Assembly (NCBI GenBank): GCA_963700285.1
Contig: CAVOXA010000001.1
Location: 1,600,001-1,664,000, forward strand
Direction of reading: 5' to 3'
DNA from: an uncultured Chloroflexia bacterium
GTDB taxonomy: Bacteria > Chloroflexota > Anaerolineae > JAAYZQ01
DNA length: 64,000 nucleotides
Below are positions 53,350 through 64,000 of this stretch, piece by piece. The notes beneath the pieces are model-generated. The model did not search any database. It worked only from the letters and a program-made list of their open reading frames with translations, and had not been told where the DNA came from. The translations under genes and the position numbers were made by a program. Every line of letters starts with the position of its first letter. The stretch's first letter is position 1.

Positions 53350-56300
53350 GTGAAGATTAGGATGAGTATCCTCATTGGACTCGGAGCGGTCTTGATCTTG
53401 GCTGCAGCCTCCGGTCTGGTACTGGCCTCCGACGCCTCTCCTACTGAAGAACCGGCGAGTTCCCCTTTCTTCGATGTCACATTGCAACAAGCTGTGGATG
53501 AGCTGGACGGCAAAGCAAGGGTCGCTCGGACCGCAGCCCAAGCTGCGCCAACCCAGCACTACACCACCGATCCCAAGCTCTGGCCCGAGTGCGAGTTTGG
53601 TTTTACCCGTGACCTGCTCCAATGGCCTGGTTGCCACTACACCTCGGATCCCAACAATCCCAAGTGGAGCTGCGGCCCTGAAGATCCCCCCTGGCCGACC
53701 AAGGACTATACCTGGGATAGCGGACTCTGGCCCAAGGACTGCGGGAAGGAACTCACCCAGGATCCTGGCTTCTGGTGCGAGCCCACCTGGACGCGCGATC
53801 CAGAAAGATTCCCCCAATGTCGCTCCGACTATACCTCAAATCCCGAGGCGCTGAATTGGTGCCAGCCCCGCTATACCAGGGATCCCGCACAGTGGGACAA
53901 CTGCCCTACTGAGCCACCATTCTATACTGAAGACACAGCAGTTTGGAAAGAGTGTGATGCGGACGAATATACCAGCGACCCCTACCGCTGGAGCGAATGT
54001 CACTTTACGTCGGACCCAGGAAATCCGCACTGCATCGAACGGCCCTTCCCAACGCAGGACTATACCAGTAATCCCTTGACCTGGAAGGAGTGCGATCCAA
54101 GCTTCACCTGGGATCCGGCGCAGGTGCCCTGTGGAGATCCCAAGTACACCTCTGGCGATGCGTGGCCCTGGTGTGTCGATCCAGGCTATACCACCAACTC
54201 TGTCGAGTGGCACCTGTGCCATTTCACCTCTGATCCAAGAATGTGGCCGGATGCCTGTGGCGAGCCGTATGCGACCCAAGACTTTACCTGGGACAACAAG
54301 CTCTGGCCCAAGTCGTGTGGTGCGGAGCTGACCCGCGACCAGAACTTTTGGTGCGACCTGCGCTATACCACCGAACCGGGCGCGTGGCCCTGGTGTAATC
54401 CCGCCTGGACGTGGGATCCAGGCCAGGTCGTGTGTGCGCCCGGCTACACAAAGGACCCTGAAAGCTGGAAGGAATGCCGTGAGGGGCTGTATACACAGGA
54501 AGTGGGAGTCTGGCCGGCGTGCGAGTACTACACGGGCGATGCCCGTGTCTGGCCTGAATGCCACTATACCTCCGAGCCTGGCCTGTGGAAGGCTTGCGAC
54601 GAAGATCCGCCCTTTGCCACCAAGGACTATACGACCGATGCCGTGCTGTGGCCTGAGTGCGAACATCCCCCCGAGTACACCACGGACCCGACAGGCTGGC
54701 CGGAGTGCCACTATACTTATGACGCTCCTTTCTGGGCAGAATGCGAGCCTGTTCCGGGGGATTCCTCCGATCTGGGCGATGCCCCGGACAGCACCAACCA
54801 TGTCGGTAAAGCCATGACGGCCTATCCTGCGGGCGGGCCGCCGGGTGTTGGCGCCCGCTATCCTGCGGTCTTTGATCCCCTGACCGGTTTGCCCAAGGGC
54901 CCGCTGCACGTGCAGCCGCGGGCCGACTCTTGGCTGGGGGAGCGGGTAACCCTGGAAAAGGATGCCGACCAGTTGCCGGACGAAGACGCTGTGACCAATA
55001 TCGACCCGCGGACCGACACGCCCGATAGGGACAAGGCTGATGATGGTGCGAAGGTTCCCGTGCCGGCGCCTCACTGCGTGCGTACTGTGTTCAAGTACAC
55101 CGTCACGATCGCAGCGGGAGCGCCCAAGGTCGGCCGCTACGTCAATGTTTGGTTCGACTGGAACCGCGATGGCGATTGGGAGGATGCCTTCGAGTGCGCC
55201 AAGTCCGGGGATGCCCCCGAGTGGGCTGTGCAGAACCAGTTGGTCACTTTGGGTCCAGGTACCTATGTGCTAGAAACGCCGGCCTACCTGCCCTGGAATC
55301 CCCCGGGAGGCAATATCAGCGAGATCTGGATGCGTATATCCCTGGCCGACCAGGTGGCTCCCCGCGCCCCCGCGACCAGTCTAGCCGATGGGCGCGGCCC
55401 GGATGCTGGCTACAAGTACGGCGAAACCGAAGACTATTACTTTAAGCCATCCTGTCCCAAGCCTGTGGCCGACTTTGTCTGGGATCCAACCCCCGTCTGT
55501 GCCAAGCAACCCGTCTCCTTCCTGGATACCTCCACGAGCGCGCTTCCTCTGACGTGGTCCTGGGACTTTGATGGTCTCGGTAGCAGTAGCTTGCAGAACC
55601 CGACTTTCACCTTCAGCAGTGCTGGTACCTATGACGTGAGCTTGAAAGCGACCAATGCCTGTGGGCCTGATACAAAGACAAAAAGGGTACCCGTGATCGA
55701 CTGTCCGCCTCAGGATCCTGCCTATGACATTTATCTGAAGGACAACCTCGCCGATGACGGCTCTGTGCCCAGTACCGGTCCTTTCTGGCCGAGTCCTGAT
55801 ATCTGGGTTCGCAACGACGGGGACTGCACGGTAACCGCCCACCAAAACCCCATTGCCGGCAGCACGACGACGATCTGTGTCCGGGTCCGCAACCGCCTGG
55901 CCACAACAGTGGACAATATCACGGTCCAGGTTTACTATGCGAGTGCGGCCATGGGCCTCTCGTGGCCGGGGAGCTTTAGCCCTGTGGGTAGTCTGACGAT
56001 TGCAAGCCTGGCCGGAGGCGCCGTGACGGTCAAACCCGTCTCGTGGAGCGTGCCCGGTATTTCCGGCCATTTCTGCCTGCTAGCGCGGGCTAATGCACCC
56101 AAAGATCCCATCGGTAGTGGCACTGATACAGTCGCACCGGTTGACCACGTGCCGAACAACAACAACATCGCCCAGAAGAATCTCTATGCCGTTGACTATC
56201 CCCAAGTGACCCACTGTGGGTTCTTTAGTACCGCTGAGCACACGGACGTCGTCGTCTTTGATGCGGTCAATACCAAAGCGACAGCAACAGACGTAGACAT

Positions 56301-56628
56301 CGAGTTCGACAGCAACGATTTCCCGCCGGGCGGGGAACTGATTGTGGAGCCCGGAAGCCTCTGGGGACGGTGGACCACGCTGACCAACTTTGACCAGTCG
56401 GGGTCCACACTGCTGCCAACCGGCTTCCCGGCTACGATGGGTGGCGTTGAAATGACCGGCCATGAGGCAGCGTCGCTCACAATGACCATAACAGCCGAGA
56501 TCGACGAAAGCTTTACCATCAGTGTCACAGAGATTTCTGGGAGCAAGGCGGTGGGGGGCATCGTGTTCGTGCGCGACCTGCCTGACTGCGTGTATCTGCC
56601 GGTCATCATGAAAAAGACACAGCCGTAG
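53350..56628 (+). CDS. Secreted protein: 27 Cys/Trp-rich repeats, GEVED-like domain, PKD, CARDB-like domain, C-terminal YLP motif
   Basis: Signal peptide; YTxDPxxWPxC repeats; DLGDAPDS..WFDWNRDGDW..GETEDY; WSWDF..SLQNPTFTF..GTYDV; CVYLPVIMK. Confidence 0.85.
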   Translation: MKIRMSILIGLGAVLILAAASGLVLASDASPTEEPASSPFFDVTLQQAVDELDGKARVARTAAQAAPTQHYTTDPKLWPECEFGFTRDLLQWPGCHYTSDPNNPKWSCGPEDPPWPTKDYTWDSGLWPKDCGKELTQDPGFWCEPTWTRDPERFPQCRSDYTSNPEALNWCQPRYTRDPAQWDNCPTEPPFYTEDTAVWKECDADEYTSDPYRWSECHFTSDPGNPHCIERPFPTQDYTSNPLTWKECDPSFTWDPAQVPCGDPKYTSGDAWPWCVDPGYTTNSVEWHLCHFTSDPRMWPDACGEPYATQDFTWDNKLWPKSCGAELTRDQNFWCDLRYTTEPGAWPWCNPAWTWDPGQVVCAPGYTKDPESWKECREGLYTQEVGVWPACEYYTGDARVWPECHYTSEPGLWKACDEDPPFATKDYTTDAVLWPECEHPPEYTTDPTGWPECHYTYDAPFWAECEPVPGDSSDLGDAPDSTNHVGKAMTAYPAGGPPGVGARYPAVFDPLTGLPKGPLHVQPRADSWLGERVTLEKDADQLPDEDAVTNIDPRTDTPDRDKADDGAKVPVPAPHCVRTVFKYTVTIAAGAPKVGRYVNVWFDWNRDGDWEDAFECAKSGDAPEWAVQNQLVTLGPGTYVLETPAYLPWNPPGGNISEIWMRISLADQVAPRAPATSLADGRGPDAGYKYGETEDYYFKPSCPKPVADFVWDPTPVCAKQPVSFLDTSTSALPLTWSWDFDGLGSSSLQNPTFTFSSAGTYDVSLKATNACGPDTKTKRVPVIDCPPQDPAYDIYLKDNLADDGSVPSTGPFWPSPDIWVRNDGDCTVTAHQNPIAGSTTTICVRVRNRLATTVDNITVQVYYASAAMGLSWPGSFSPVGSLTIASLAGGAVTVKPVSWSVPGISGHFCLLARANAPKDPIGSGTDTVAPVDHVPNNNNIAQKNLYAVDYPQVTHCGFFSTAEHTDVVVFDAVNTKATATDVDIEFDSNDFPPGGELIVEPGSLWGRWTTLTNFDQSGSTLLPTGFPATMGGVEMTGHEAASLTMTITAEIDESFTISVTEISGSKAVGGIVFVRDLPDCVYLPVIMKKTQP

Positions 56629-56715
56629 TCAGGGGAGGAATACCCGGTCTCGATCTGTGATGTATGACCGCTGACAGCCACCGGACGCATGAGCCGGTGG
56701 CTGTTTCTGTATCTC

Positions 56716-57471
56716 TCAGCGTTGGCTGGCCAGCCCGCCCGCTATCTCGCCGCCGTCGATGACAAAGGACTGTCCGGTGATAAATCCCGCGTCGTCGGAG
56801 GCCAGGAAGGCAAAGAGCGCGGCCACATCCTCGGGACGGCCCAGCCTGTTCAGCGGCAGCTTGCTGGCGAAGGACTGTTGCATCTCCAGCGTGTATTCGG
56901 CTTCCTGCATGGGCGTCAGGATGAAGCCGGGGCATACGGCGTTCACCCGAACCGAGGGTCCCAATTCCAGCGCCATGGAGCGGGTTAGCTCGATGACGCC
57001 GGCTTTCGAGGCGTTATAGTCGGCATAGTAGGGATAGCCCATCAGGCCGTTGGTCGAGCCCATGTTCAGGATGACGCCGCCCTCCCCCGCCAGCATCCGG
57101 CGCGCTGCTTGCTGGGCGACATAGAACACGCCATTCAGGTTGACGTCGATCACCCTGCGCCATTCATCGGGCGTGATATCGACAAAGGGATGGCGGATGC
57201 TGATCCCTGCGTTGTTGATCAGGATGTCCAATCCCCCAAGCAGTACCGTCCAGTTCGTCAAAGGCTCGGGCCACGTCCTCGGGCGTCGGCGACATCGGCC
57301 TGGATGCTGCCGCTCAAGGCAAGCTCACCCTCCATGCTGCGCTGAGGCTGTCTCTGTCGCGGTCCAGTACGACCACCCGGCCCCTTCCTCCAAGAAACGG
57401 ACCGTCGTCGCCCTGCCGATGCCACCCGCTCCGCCGGTGATCAGGACGCGTTTGTCTCTTAGACCCCGCAT
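56716..57471 (-). CDS. SDR-family oxidoreductase (frameshifted)
   Basis: ITGGAGGIG, NNAG, YNASK. Confidence 0.88.
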
Positions 57472-57561
57472 GGAATTCTCCTTGCCGCAGCCTTGGTCTG
57501 TCTCAAGCGTCTCCTGTCCCGGGAAACGTCACGACTTGTCTCTGTCTTTCGTCGCGCTCCC

Positions 57562-58603
57562 TCAGCGCAGTATGAATCCATCGCGCAGGGGATCCTCCGG
57601 GTCGATCAGGAATTCGTGCCGGCCCGTGATGTGTGCCGAGCCCTCGACCTCTGGGATGATGGCCGGGTATGGGACCAAAGGTCGTCGTCTCCACGATGCG
57701 GCCGGTGAAAGCGGCTGCCGATGATGCTCTCGACGACCATCGGTCTCGCCGAAGCCGATCTCCCCGCGCGCATGGTGGATGGCCAGCCGGCCGCTGACGC
57801 CCGTACCGGTCGGGCAGCGATCCACCTCACCCTCGGCAAAGACGCAGACGTTGCGGCTGTGGGCTCCCTCATCCAGCGGCGGTCCGATAAAGATGGTGCC
57901 ATAGAGAAAGCTCAGGTCCTCCTCAAAGGGATGAGGGATGGGCCGGCTGGCCATGATCGCCCGCTTGATGGCGACGCCCTTTTCGATGATGGCGCCGGAA
58001 ATCCTCCGGCGTGCAGGTCAGGCCGACGTCCTCGGCCTGCACGTAGGCGTAGAAGGCGCCGCCAAAGGCCAGGTCGTAGCGTACCTGGCCCAGGCCCGGC
58101 ACCTCGACCGTCTCGTCCAGGGCCAGGACAAAGGAGGGCACGTTGTGAAAGCGGACGCTCGCCACCTGCCCACCGGCGACCCGGGCGTGGGCCGTGACCA
58201 GCCCGGCCGGGGTGTCGATCCTGATGGTCGTCTCGGGTGCCGTCATGGGCAGCAGGCCGGTCTCCAGGGCCACCTTGGTGATGCCGATGATGCCGTGCCC
58301 GCACATGGTGCTGTAGCCTTCGTTGTGCATGAACAGCACGCCGATGTCCGCCTCGGGGCTGACCGGCGGCGTGACGATGCAGCCATACATGTCGGCGTGG
58401 CCCCGCGGCTCCCACATCAGCGCCGTGCGCAGGTGGTCCAGGTTCTCCCTGGCATAGCGGCGGCGGGCCAGGATGGTGTCGCCCGGCAGCTCGGGATAGC
58501 CCCCGGTGATGACCCGGAAGGGTTCGCCCGCGGTGTGGGCGTCGATGGTGGTGATCTTGAGCCAGTCCTCTGGGGGTGTCCAATCTGTCATCTTGTTCAG
58601 CAT
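57562..58603 (-). CDS. Proline racemase family protein, Cys/Thr type (probable trans-3-hydroxy-L-proline dehydratase; frameshifted)
   Basis: DAHTAGEP, EPRGHADMYG, STMCGHG, DRCPTGTG. Confidence 0.85.
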
Positions 58604-58673
58604 CTCGCACCTCCCATTGACCTCGGTCGTTTCGACGAGTCGCAGGCTCACGAGCTCTCCGAGGCCCGCGTAG

Positions 58674-59440
58674 CTAACCCGCCAAGCCACCGCCGTCCAC
58701 CACCAGGGCCGTGCCGGTGACAAAGGATGCTGCGTCGCTGGCCAGGTAGAGGGCCGCCTGGGCGATGTCCTCCGGCCTGCCGATGCGCTGCAGCGGCCGG
58801 TCGGCCGCCTCGGCCAGGAACTGCTCATCCGCCTGGCCCAGCTGTCGCGCCTCGCTGCGCAGCATGGGGGTGTCGGTGTCGCCGGGACAGATGCAGTTGA
58901 CGCGGATGTTCTGCTCTCCATGGTCGAGGGCCATGGCCCGGGTCATGTTCACCACGGCTCCCTTGGAGGCGCAGTAGGAGACCGCGTTGCGCCCGCCGAC
59001 CAGCCCCCAGCCGGAGGCTGTGTTGATGATGACGCCGCCGCCGGCCTTGGCCATCACCGGGATGGCGTACTGGCTCAGCAAAAAGATCGACTTGACGTTG
59101 ACGGCCATGACCCGGTCCCACTCCTCCTCGGTGATGTCCAGGACGGTGGTCCGCCGGATGATGCCCGCGTTGTTGACCAGGATGTCCAAGCGCCCAAAGG
59201 TGGTCCACGGTCTGCTGCACGGCGCGCCGACAGTCGTCTGTGCGCGTGACGTCACAATGTATGAAAAGGCCGCTGGCTCGCCTCTGGACAGGATCTCCTG
59301 TACGACGGCCTGCCCGCCCGCTTCGTCCAGATCCACGACGGCAGACGGCTGCACCTTCGCGGGCGAACAGTAGGGCCGTCGCCCGGCCGATGCCCGATGC
59401 CGCCGCCAGTGATAAGGGCGACCTGTTTTCTCAGTAGCAC
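58674..59440 (-). CDS. SDR-family oxidoreductase (frameshifted)
   Basis: ALITGGG, NNAG, YCASK, CPGDTDTPML. Confidence 0.88.
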
Positions 59441-59621
59441 AGTGCTCTCCTTGGTCTGTGTCCTACGACCTGGCCGTTGAAGGGCAGAAAACGTAGAATC
59501 AATGGACTCAATTAGGACTTTTGACCCTTGAGTAGGGTGCGACAGGTTTGAGCGCCATGCATCGGGTCCGTGACCCGATGCGAGCGACCTATACCTGCAT
59601 ACTTGTTGGTGCGAAATAGCA

Positions 59622-60813
59622 CTAGGCGGACACCTTGCGGACGGCGTGCTCGTGATAGCCGGTGACAACAGTGACATAACCGCTCAGCGCTTCATCCAGG
59701 ACGGTGTCGCCGGTGTCTACCAGCAGAGGCTTGCCGCCCAGCGCATTGAGCTTTTCCTTGGTGCCCACGACGACAATGTTCTCCCATGGTCTGGACGTAC
59801 CGTCACCGCTGGAAAGGCTGGCGCCAGCGGCTCGAATGACCCTGGGACTGATCTGCTGATTTCCCCGACCAAAGATGTAACCCCTGACCGCCGATGAGAG
59901 TGACGATGATCTTGGCCCTGGCCATACCTGTCCAACAGGTCCAGGAGCTCTGCTTCGTTGGCATCCGCCTGGACCAGTCTTCCCCTTAGTCCCTTCGCTC
60001 ATCGCTGTCAGCATCCGGAAGACGTCCACGCCCAACAGCGTCTTCTCCAGGCCCAATTCGTCGGCGATGGCCCGGGTCGTGGTCCCTGGACCGACAATGT
60101 ACAGCACAGTCGTCCTCCATCCGCTCCACGACGTCCTCGGCGATGGCAGTCAATGAGCTGCTGCCGCCGATGCTGGCCGTCTTTTGGTTCTGTACCAGGC
60201 TGGTCCGGAAGGGGATCTTGAGGTAGCCATAGAGCTTGGCCGAGACCGTTCCCGCTGGCGGAAGGCCTCCTCGTCGATGTCCATGACCTCGGCCTCCTCG
60301 CAGGCTGGTTACCCGGCCCTGGAGGTACAGGGCCGCCAGGCTGCCCGCGCTGGCCGGGTTGGTGGCATAGACTGCGGAATGGATCTTGACCCCGGCCGGG
60401 ATGCCGAGAGCGGGCAGATCCTCACCGATGGCCCGGTAGATGTCCCGGGCGGTGCCGTCCCCGCCGGCAAAGAGCAAGAGATCGATGCCGGCGCGCAGCA
60501 TCTCCCGAGCAGCCTCCCTGGTGTCCTGTGCCGTGGTTGCCCCCGATACGATTCGGCCGATGACCGTGGGCTCAAAGCCGCCGGCCCGTGGCTGCATCCT
60601 CCCCCATCTCGCCCGGATAGGTGATGAGGTCCAGATTCTGGCACAGATCTGAGGCGTTCTAGAGCCTGCGCGGCGCGGCTTGAGGCCTGGGGCACAGCTC
60701 CCAGTTCCAGCGCCCTCTCCTGGATCTCGGCTCCATCGCTGCCCTTCAGCCCGACCCTGCCCCCGATCCCAGCGAGGGGATTGACAATCAGACCCAGCTT
60801 GCTTGCGTCCCAT
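59622..60813 (-). CDS. ATP-NAD kinase family protein (frameshifted)
   Basis: [47 protein letters not shown]. Confidence 0.85.
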
Positions 60814-62418
60814 TATCCCCCTCTGCCTATCGCCGGAGCTTCTTCTGAGTATGCCCGCCAGGTCACGGCCCAGCGAGCCGGGTCATCCAGGGGAGCGTGG
60901 TCCACGGTGTGGATGGTACTGTTGTGGGGTGCGGTCCTGACCATCTCTGGATCGGGCGCGCCTCCTCTGCGACGTGGGCCAGGATGCTGGCGTATTCGTC
61001 CAGCTCATCTTTGGAGTACGACTCCGTGGGTTCCAACGTGCAGGGTTCGGGCACGACGAAGGGATGGTGGCTGGTCCAGTAGTGGATGCCAAAATCGGCT
61101 GCCCGCAGGCCAATTTCCTCAGAATGCACCCCCGTCTCTTCCGCCAATTCCTGCCAGCTATAGCGAACCTGCTCGATGCGGCGCTTGCCCTTGGCGTAGG
61201 GGGCGCCAGCGCCAGGGATCTCCAGAATCTTTTTCAGAAGGTAGTTGTTGTTCAGGACGGCAATCTCGGCCACCTCCCGAAGGCCCTCAGCGCCGAGGCT
61301 CATGGCCCATGCGTAGGCCTTGAGGATGACGGTGGCGTTGCCGTACCAGGGCCCGATCTTGCCTATGCTGTTGGGGCGGTCAAAGTCCAGATAGTAGCGC
61401 TGACCATCGTACTGGACGACAGGTACGGGCAGGAAGCGGCTCAGTTCTTCGGACACGCCGGCGGCGCCAGCGCCCGGACCGCCGCAACCGTGGGGCGTGG
61501 AGAAGGTCTTGTGCAGGTTAAAGTGGCAGAGGTCAAAGCCGGCATCTCGCGCCCGGGTGATGCCCAGGATCCCGTTGGCGTTGGCTTGATCGTAGCAGCA
61601 CAACCCTCCCGCCTGGTGCACCACGTCCACGAATTCGGCAATCCGGGGGCTATAGATGCCGGTATCCTCGGGGTTGGTGATGAACAGAGCGGCTGTCCGG
61701 TCCGATACGGCCGTTTTCAGCGCTTCCAGATCCGGGTATCCGTCGTCGTCGGGATAGAGGGTAATAACCTTGTATCCGGCGGTTCGGGCGCAGGCGGCGT
61801 TGGAAGGATGGGAAAAGATGGTGGTGATGACCTCGTCCCGCTGCTCTTTTTCCCGGCGGGACTCGTGGTAGGCGCGGACGATGGAAACATTGGTATAGAT
61901 GGCGGCCGACCCGGCGCCTGGCTGCAGTGAGAAGCGGTTCATGCCCGAGATTTCTTTGAGAATACTGCTCAAAGCGATACATGATCTCCAGGATCCCCTG
62001 CACCGTCTCAGCATCCTGCAGGGGGTGGAGTTCCGTTGCCTTTGGGGATCTGGCCAGTTGATCGTTGATCTTGGGGCTGTATTTCATGGTGCAGGTACCC
62101 TGGCCGACGTCGATGTTCAGGTCCGCGCCCAGATTCTCCTGGGACAGCCGGACATAGTGTCTCAGCACCTGCGGTTGGCCAAGCTCCGGCAGGGCTGGCG
62201 CCTGCTTCCGGCGCAGGCCCTCGGGGAGGGTCAGCCAGGACATCCCCAACCTCATCTCTGATCCCCTGCTCCACCTCTGGTACCAGGATGCCTCGCTGCC
62301 CTGTCTGGCTCAACTCAAAAATGACAGGTTCATCCCACTTGGCTTGGTGGTACCGCCGGAGGTTTAGTTTTCCATTGGTGAATCTGTGGGCACTGATGTC
62401 AACGGTGTCCTGGCTCAT
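60814..62418 (-). CDS. gcvPB: Glycine dehydrogenase-like subunit 2 (frameshifted; 3' end approximate)
   Basis: GTCTMKYSPK, TNPEDTG, DQANAN, FNLHKTFSTPHG, EPTES. Confidence 0.85.
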
Positions 62419-63816
62419 TGTTCGATGACCTCCTGCAGCGCATCCACCAGTTGGTGGATGTCTGCCTGGGTGTGAACTTCGGTGACGCAGTACAGGGCGC
62501 TTTGGCCCAGCTCCGGGAAGCTCCTGGCTCAGGTCCTTACCGCCCAGAATCCCTTTGGCCAGCAGTGCTTTGTTGATCTCCGCGACTGTCTTACCAGTTC
62601 TGTCAAGGTTGACGACGAATTCCTGAAAGTGGGGCGCTTGGAGCAAGGGGGCCTTGACTCCGTTGAGCTTGTTCATCTGCAGCATGGCGTAGCGCGTCCT
62701 GGCCATGATGCCCTCGCCGATCTCTACCATGCCCTGGGGTCCCATGAGCGCAAGATAGACGCCAGCCGTGATGCCCCACAGCGCAGCGGCCGTGCCGACC
62801 CATTCCTTGCCCTTTTCCCTGACTGCGAAGGAGGTTCTGTCGTAGGCAACGTCGCCAAAGCCATATTCGCCTGGAACCTTCGTGGGCGCGATGCCAAAAA
62901 GCCGCGACGGGTACTCCATCACATAGGCCTCCTCGTCCCGCGTGGCGATAAAGCCGGCCTGGCCGCCGCCGAACTGCATGTGCATGCCCAGCGGTTGGAT
63001 GTCGCCACAGACGATGTCGGCGCCATAGTCCGCCGGCGGTGTGAGGATGCCCAGCGACATCGGATTGGCGCCGACAACACACACTGCGCCGTACTCGTGG
63101 GCGATGCGCGAGATCCCCTCACCTTGTGTTTCGAGGGCACCCAGGTAGGAAGGGTTCTCAAAGTAGACGGCGGCTGTCTGGTCGGAGATTGCAGCTTGCA
63201 GGGCATCCAGATCCAACTGCCCCGTCTGCGGATCGTATTCGGCGAGACGGAGCTGCATGGTCGGCTGGCAATAGTCCTCGATCTTGGCTAGCTTGGCCCG
63301 GCTGATGGTCCCGCAGATCAGCGCCTCGGGCCGGCCTGTGAGGCGCGAAGCCATGCGCAATGAGGTGGCCGTGGCCTGGAATCCGTCGTAGGTGGGCACG
63401 TTGACGACGTCCATGTTCAAAAGCTCGCCCATCATGCTCGAGTATTCGAATAGCGCCTGGAAACGACCGTGATCGTCGTAGGGCTCGCCGGCATAGGCAG
63501 TCAGGAACTCGCCCCGGCTGTTCACCTCGTCGCAGACGGCGGGCACGTGATGCTGGTAGCATCCGGCTCCCAGGAAGCAGAGAAGCTCCCCGCAGGTCTG
63601 ATTCCTGGCCAGCAAGCCCTCCACGTGCCGTTTCAAGGCGTACTCTGACAGGAAGGGTGGAGGCAGGTTCATGGGCTCTGTGAGCCTTAGCTCCTCTGGA
63701 ACGTCCTCGTAGAACTCTTCCATGCTCTTTGCCTTGACGGCCTTGAGCATCTGTTCCTTGACTTCTGGCGCAGAATTGGGGATGTAGGGATGTGCCCTTG
63801 TTTCGGATCTATCCAT
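62415..63816 (-). CDS. gcvPA: Glycine dehydrogenase-like subunit 1 (frameshift near 62510)
   Basis: HPYIPN, FLGAGCY, EFLTAY, QALFEY, PPADYGADIVCGD, FGGG. Confidence 0.85.
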
Positions 63817-64000
63817 CGCTGATTCCTCCACGCATGTCTCTATCGAGTCCTAGCCCATGGCGCTTTGCCCAAAATGGGAAGGGGCCACACATGGTGGCCA
63901 GCACCGGTGAGCCCCCTTTTCGGCCAGGATCCTGTTGATGTGCTCCCGATGCACGCTTGGTGCGGCCTGACCGCGGCAAATGAAAGGCGCTGGCCAGGCT

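Noticed and set aside
53557-54744. CRISPR array, multiheme cytochrome or RiPP precursor
   Set aside because: The repeats are conserved only at protein level inside an ORF, contain no CxxCH, and have no adjacent cas, ATP-grasp or radical SAM genes
63850-64000. 3' end of an upstream minus-strand gene
   Set aside because: Probably coding, but too short and apparently frameshifted to identify

Overview
High-GC bacterial chromosomal segment. The gene content, the T-box leader and a C-terminal YLP motif suggest Chloroflexota, probably Anaerolineae (inference). Many genes carry single-base indels, clustered at about 0.3-10, 14-22 and 57-62.5 kb; these look like long-read consensus errors, so those genes are annotated as reconstructed wholes. 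In order, the window holds: a copper-type cluster (His-rich ATPase N-terminus, Met-rich protein, three SHOCT proteins, two-component system); two tandem DHDPS-family aldolase::Fae fusion genes with an upstream unknown gene; three tRNAs and T-box-controlled serS; a modular lipoprotein and GntR; an mnmA/nucleoside kinase/psuK/psuG run; an SBBP-propeller/PASTA surface protein; Rrf2-cysE-cysK-iscS; eno and housekeeping genes; an AOR; an E1a-E1b-amidohydrolase-ECF-pterin methyltransferase-E2 operon; a secreted protein with 27 YTxDPxxWPxC repeats; and gcvPA/PB-NAD kinase-SDR-proline racemase family-SDR. The best candidates for undescribed biology are the aldolase::Fae pair with complementary motif loss, the Cys/Trp repeat protein and the hybrid 2-oxoacid dehydrogenase operon. 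All calls come from motif recognition by eye; no searches were run.
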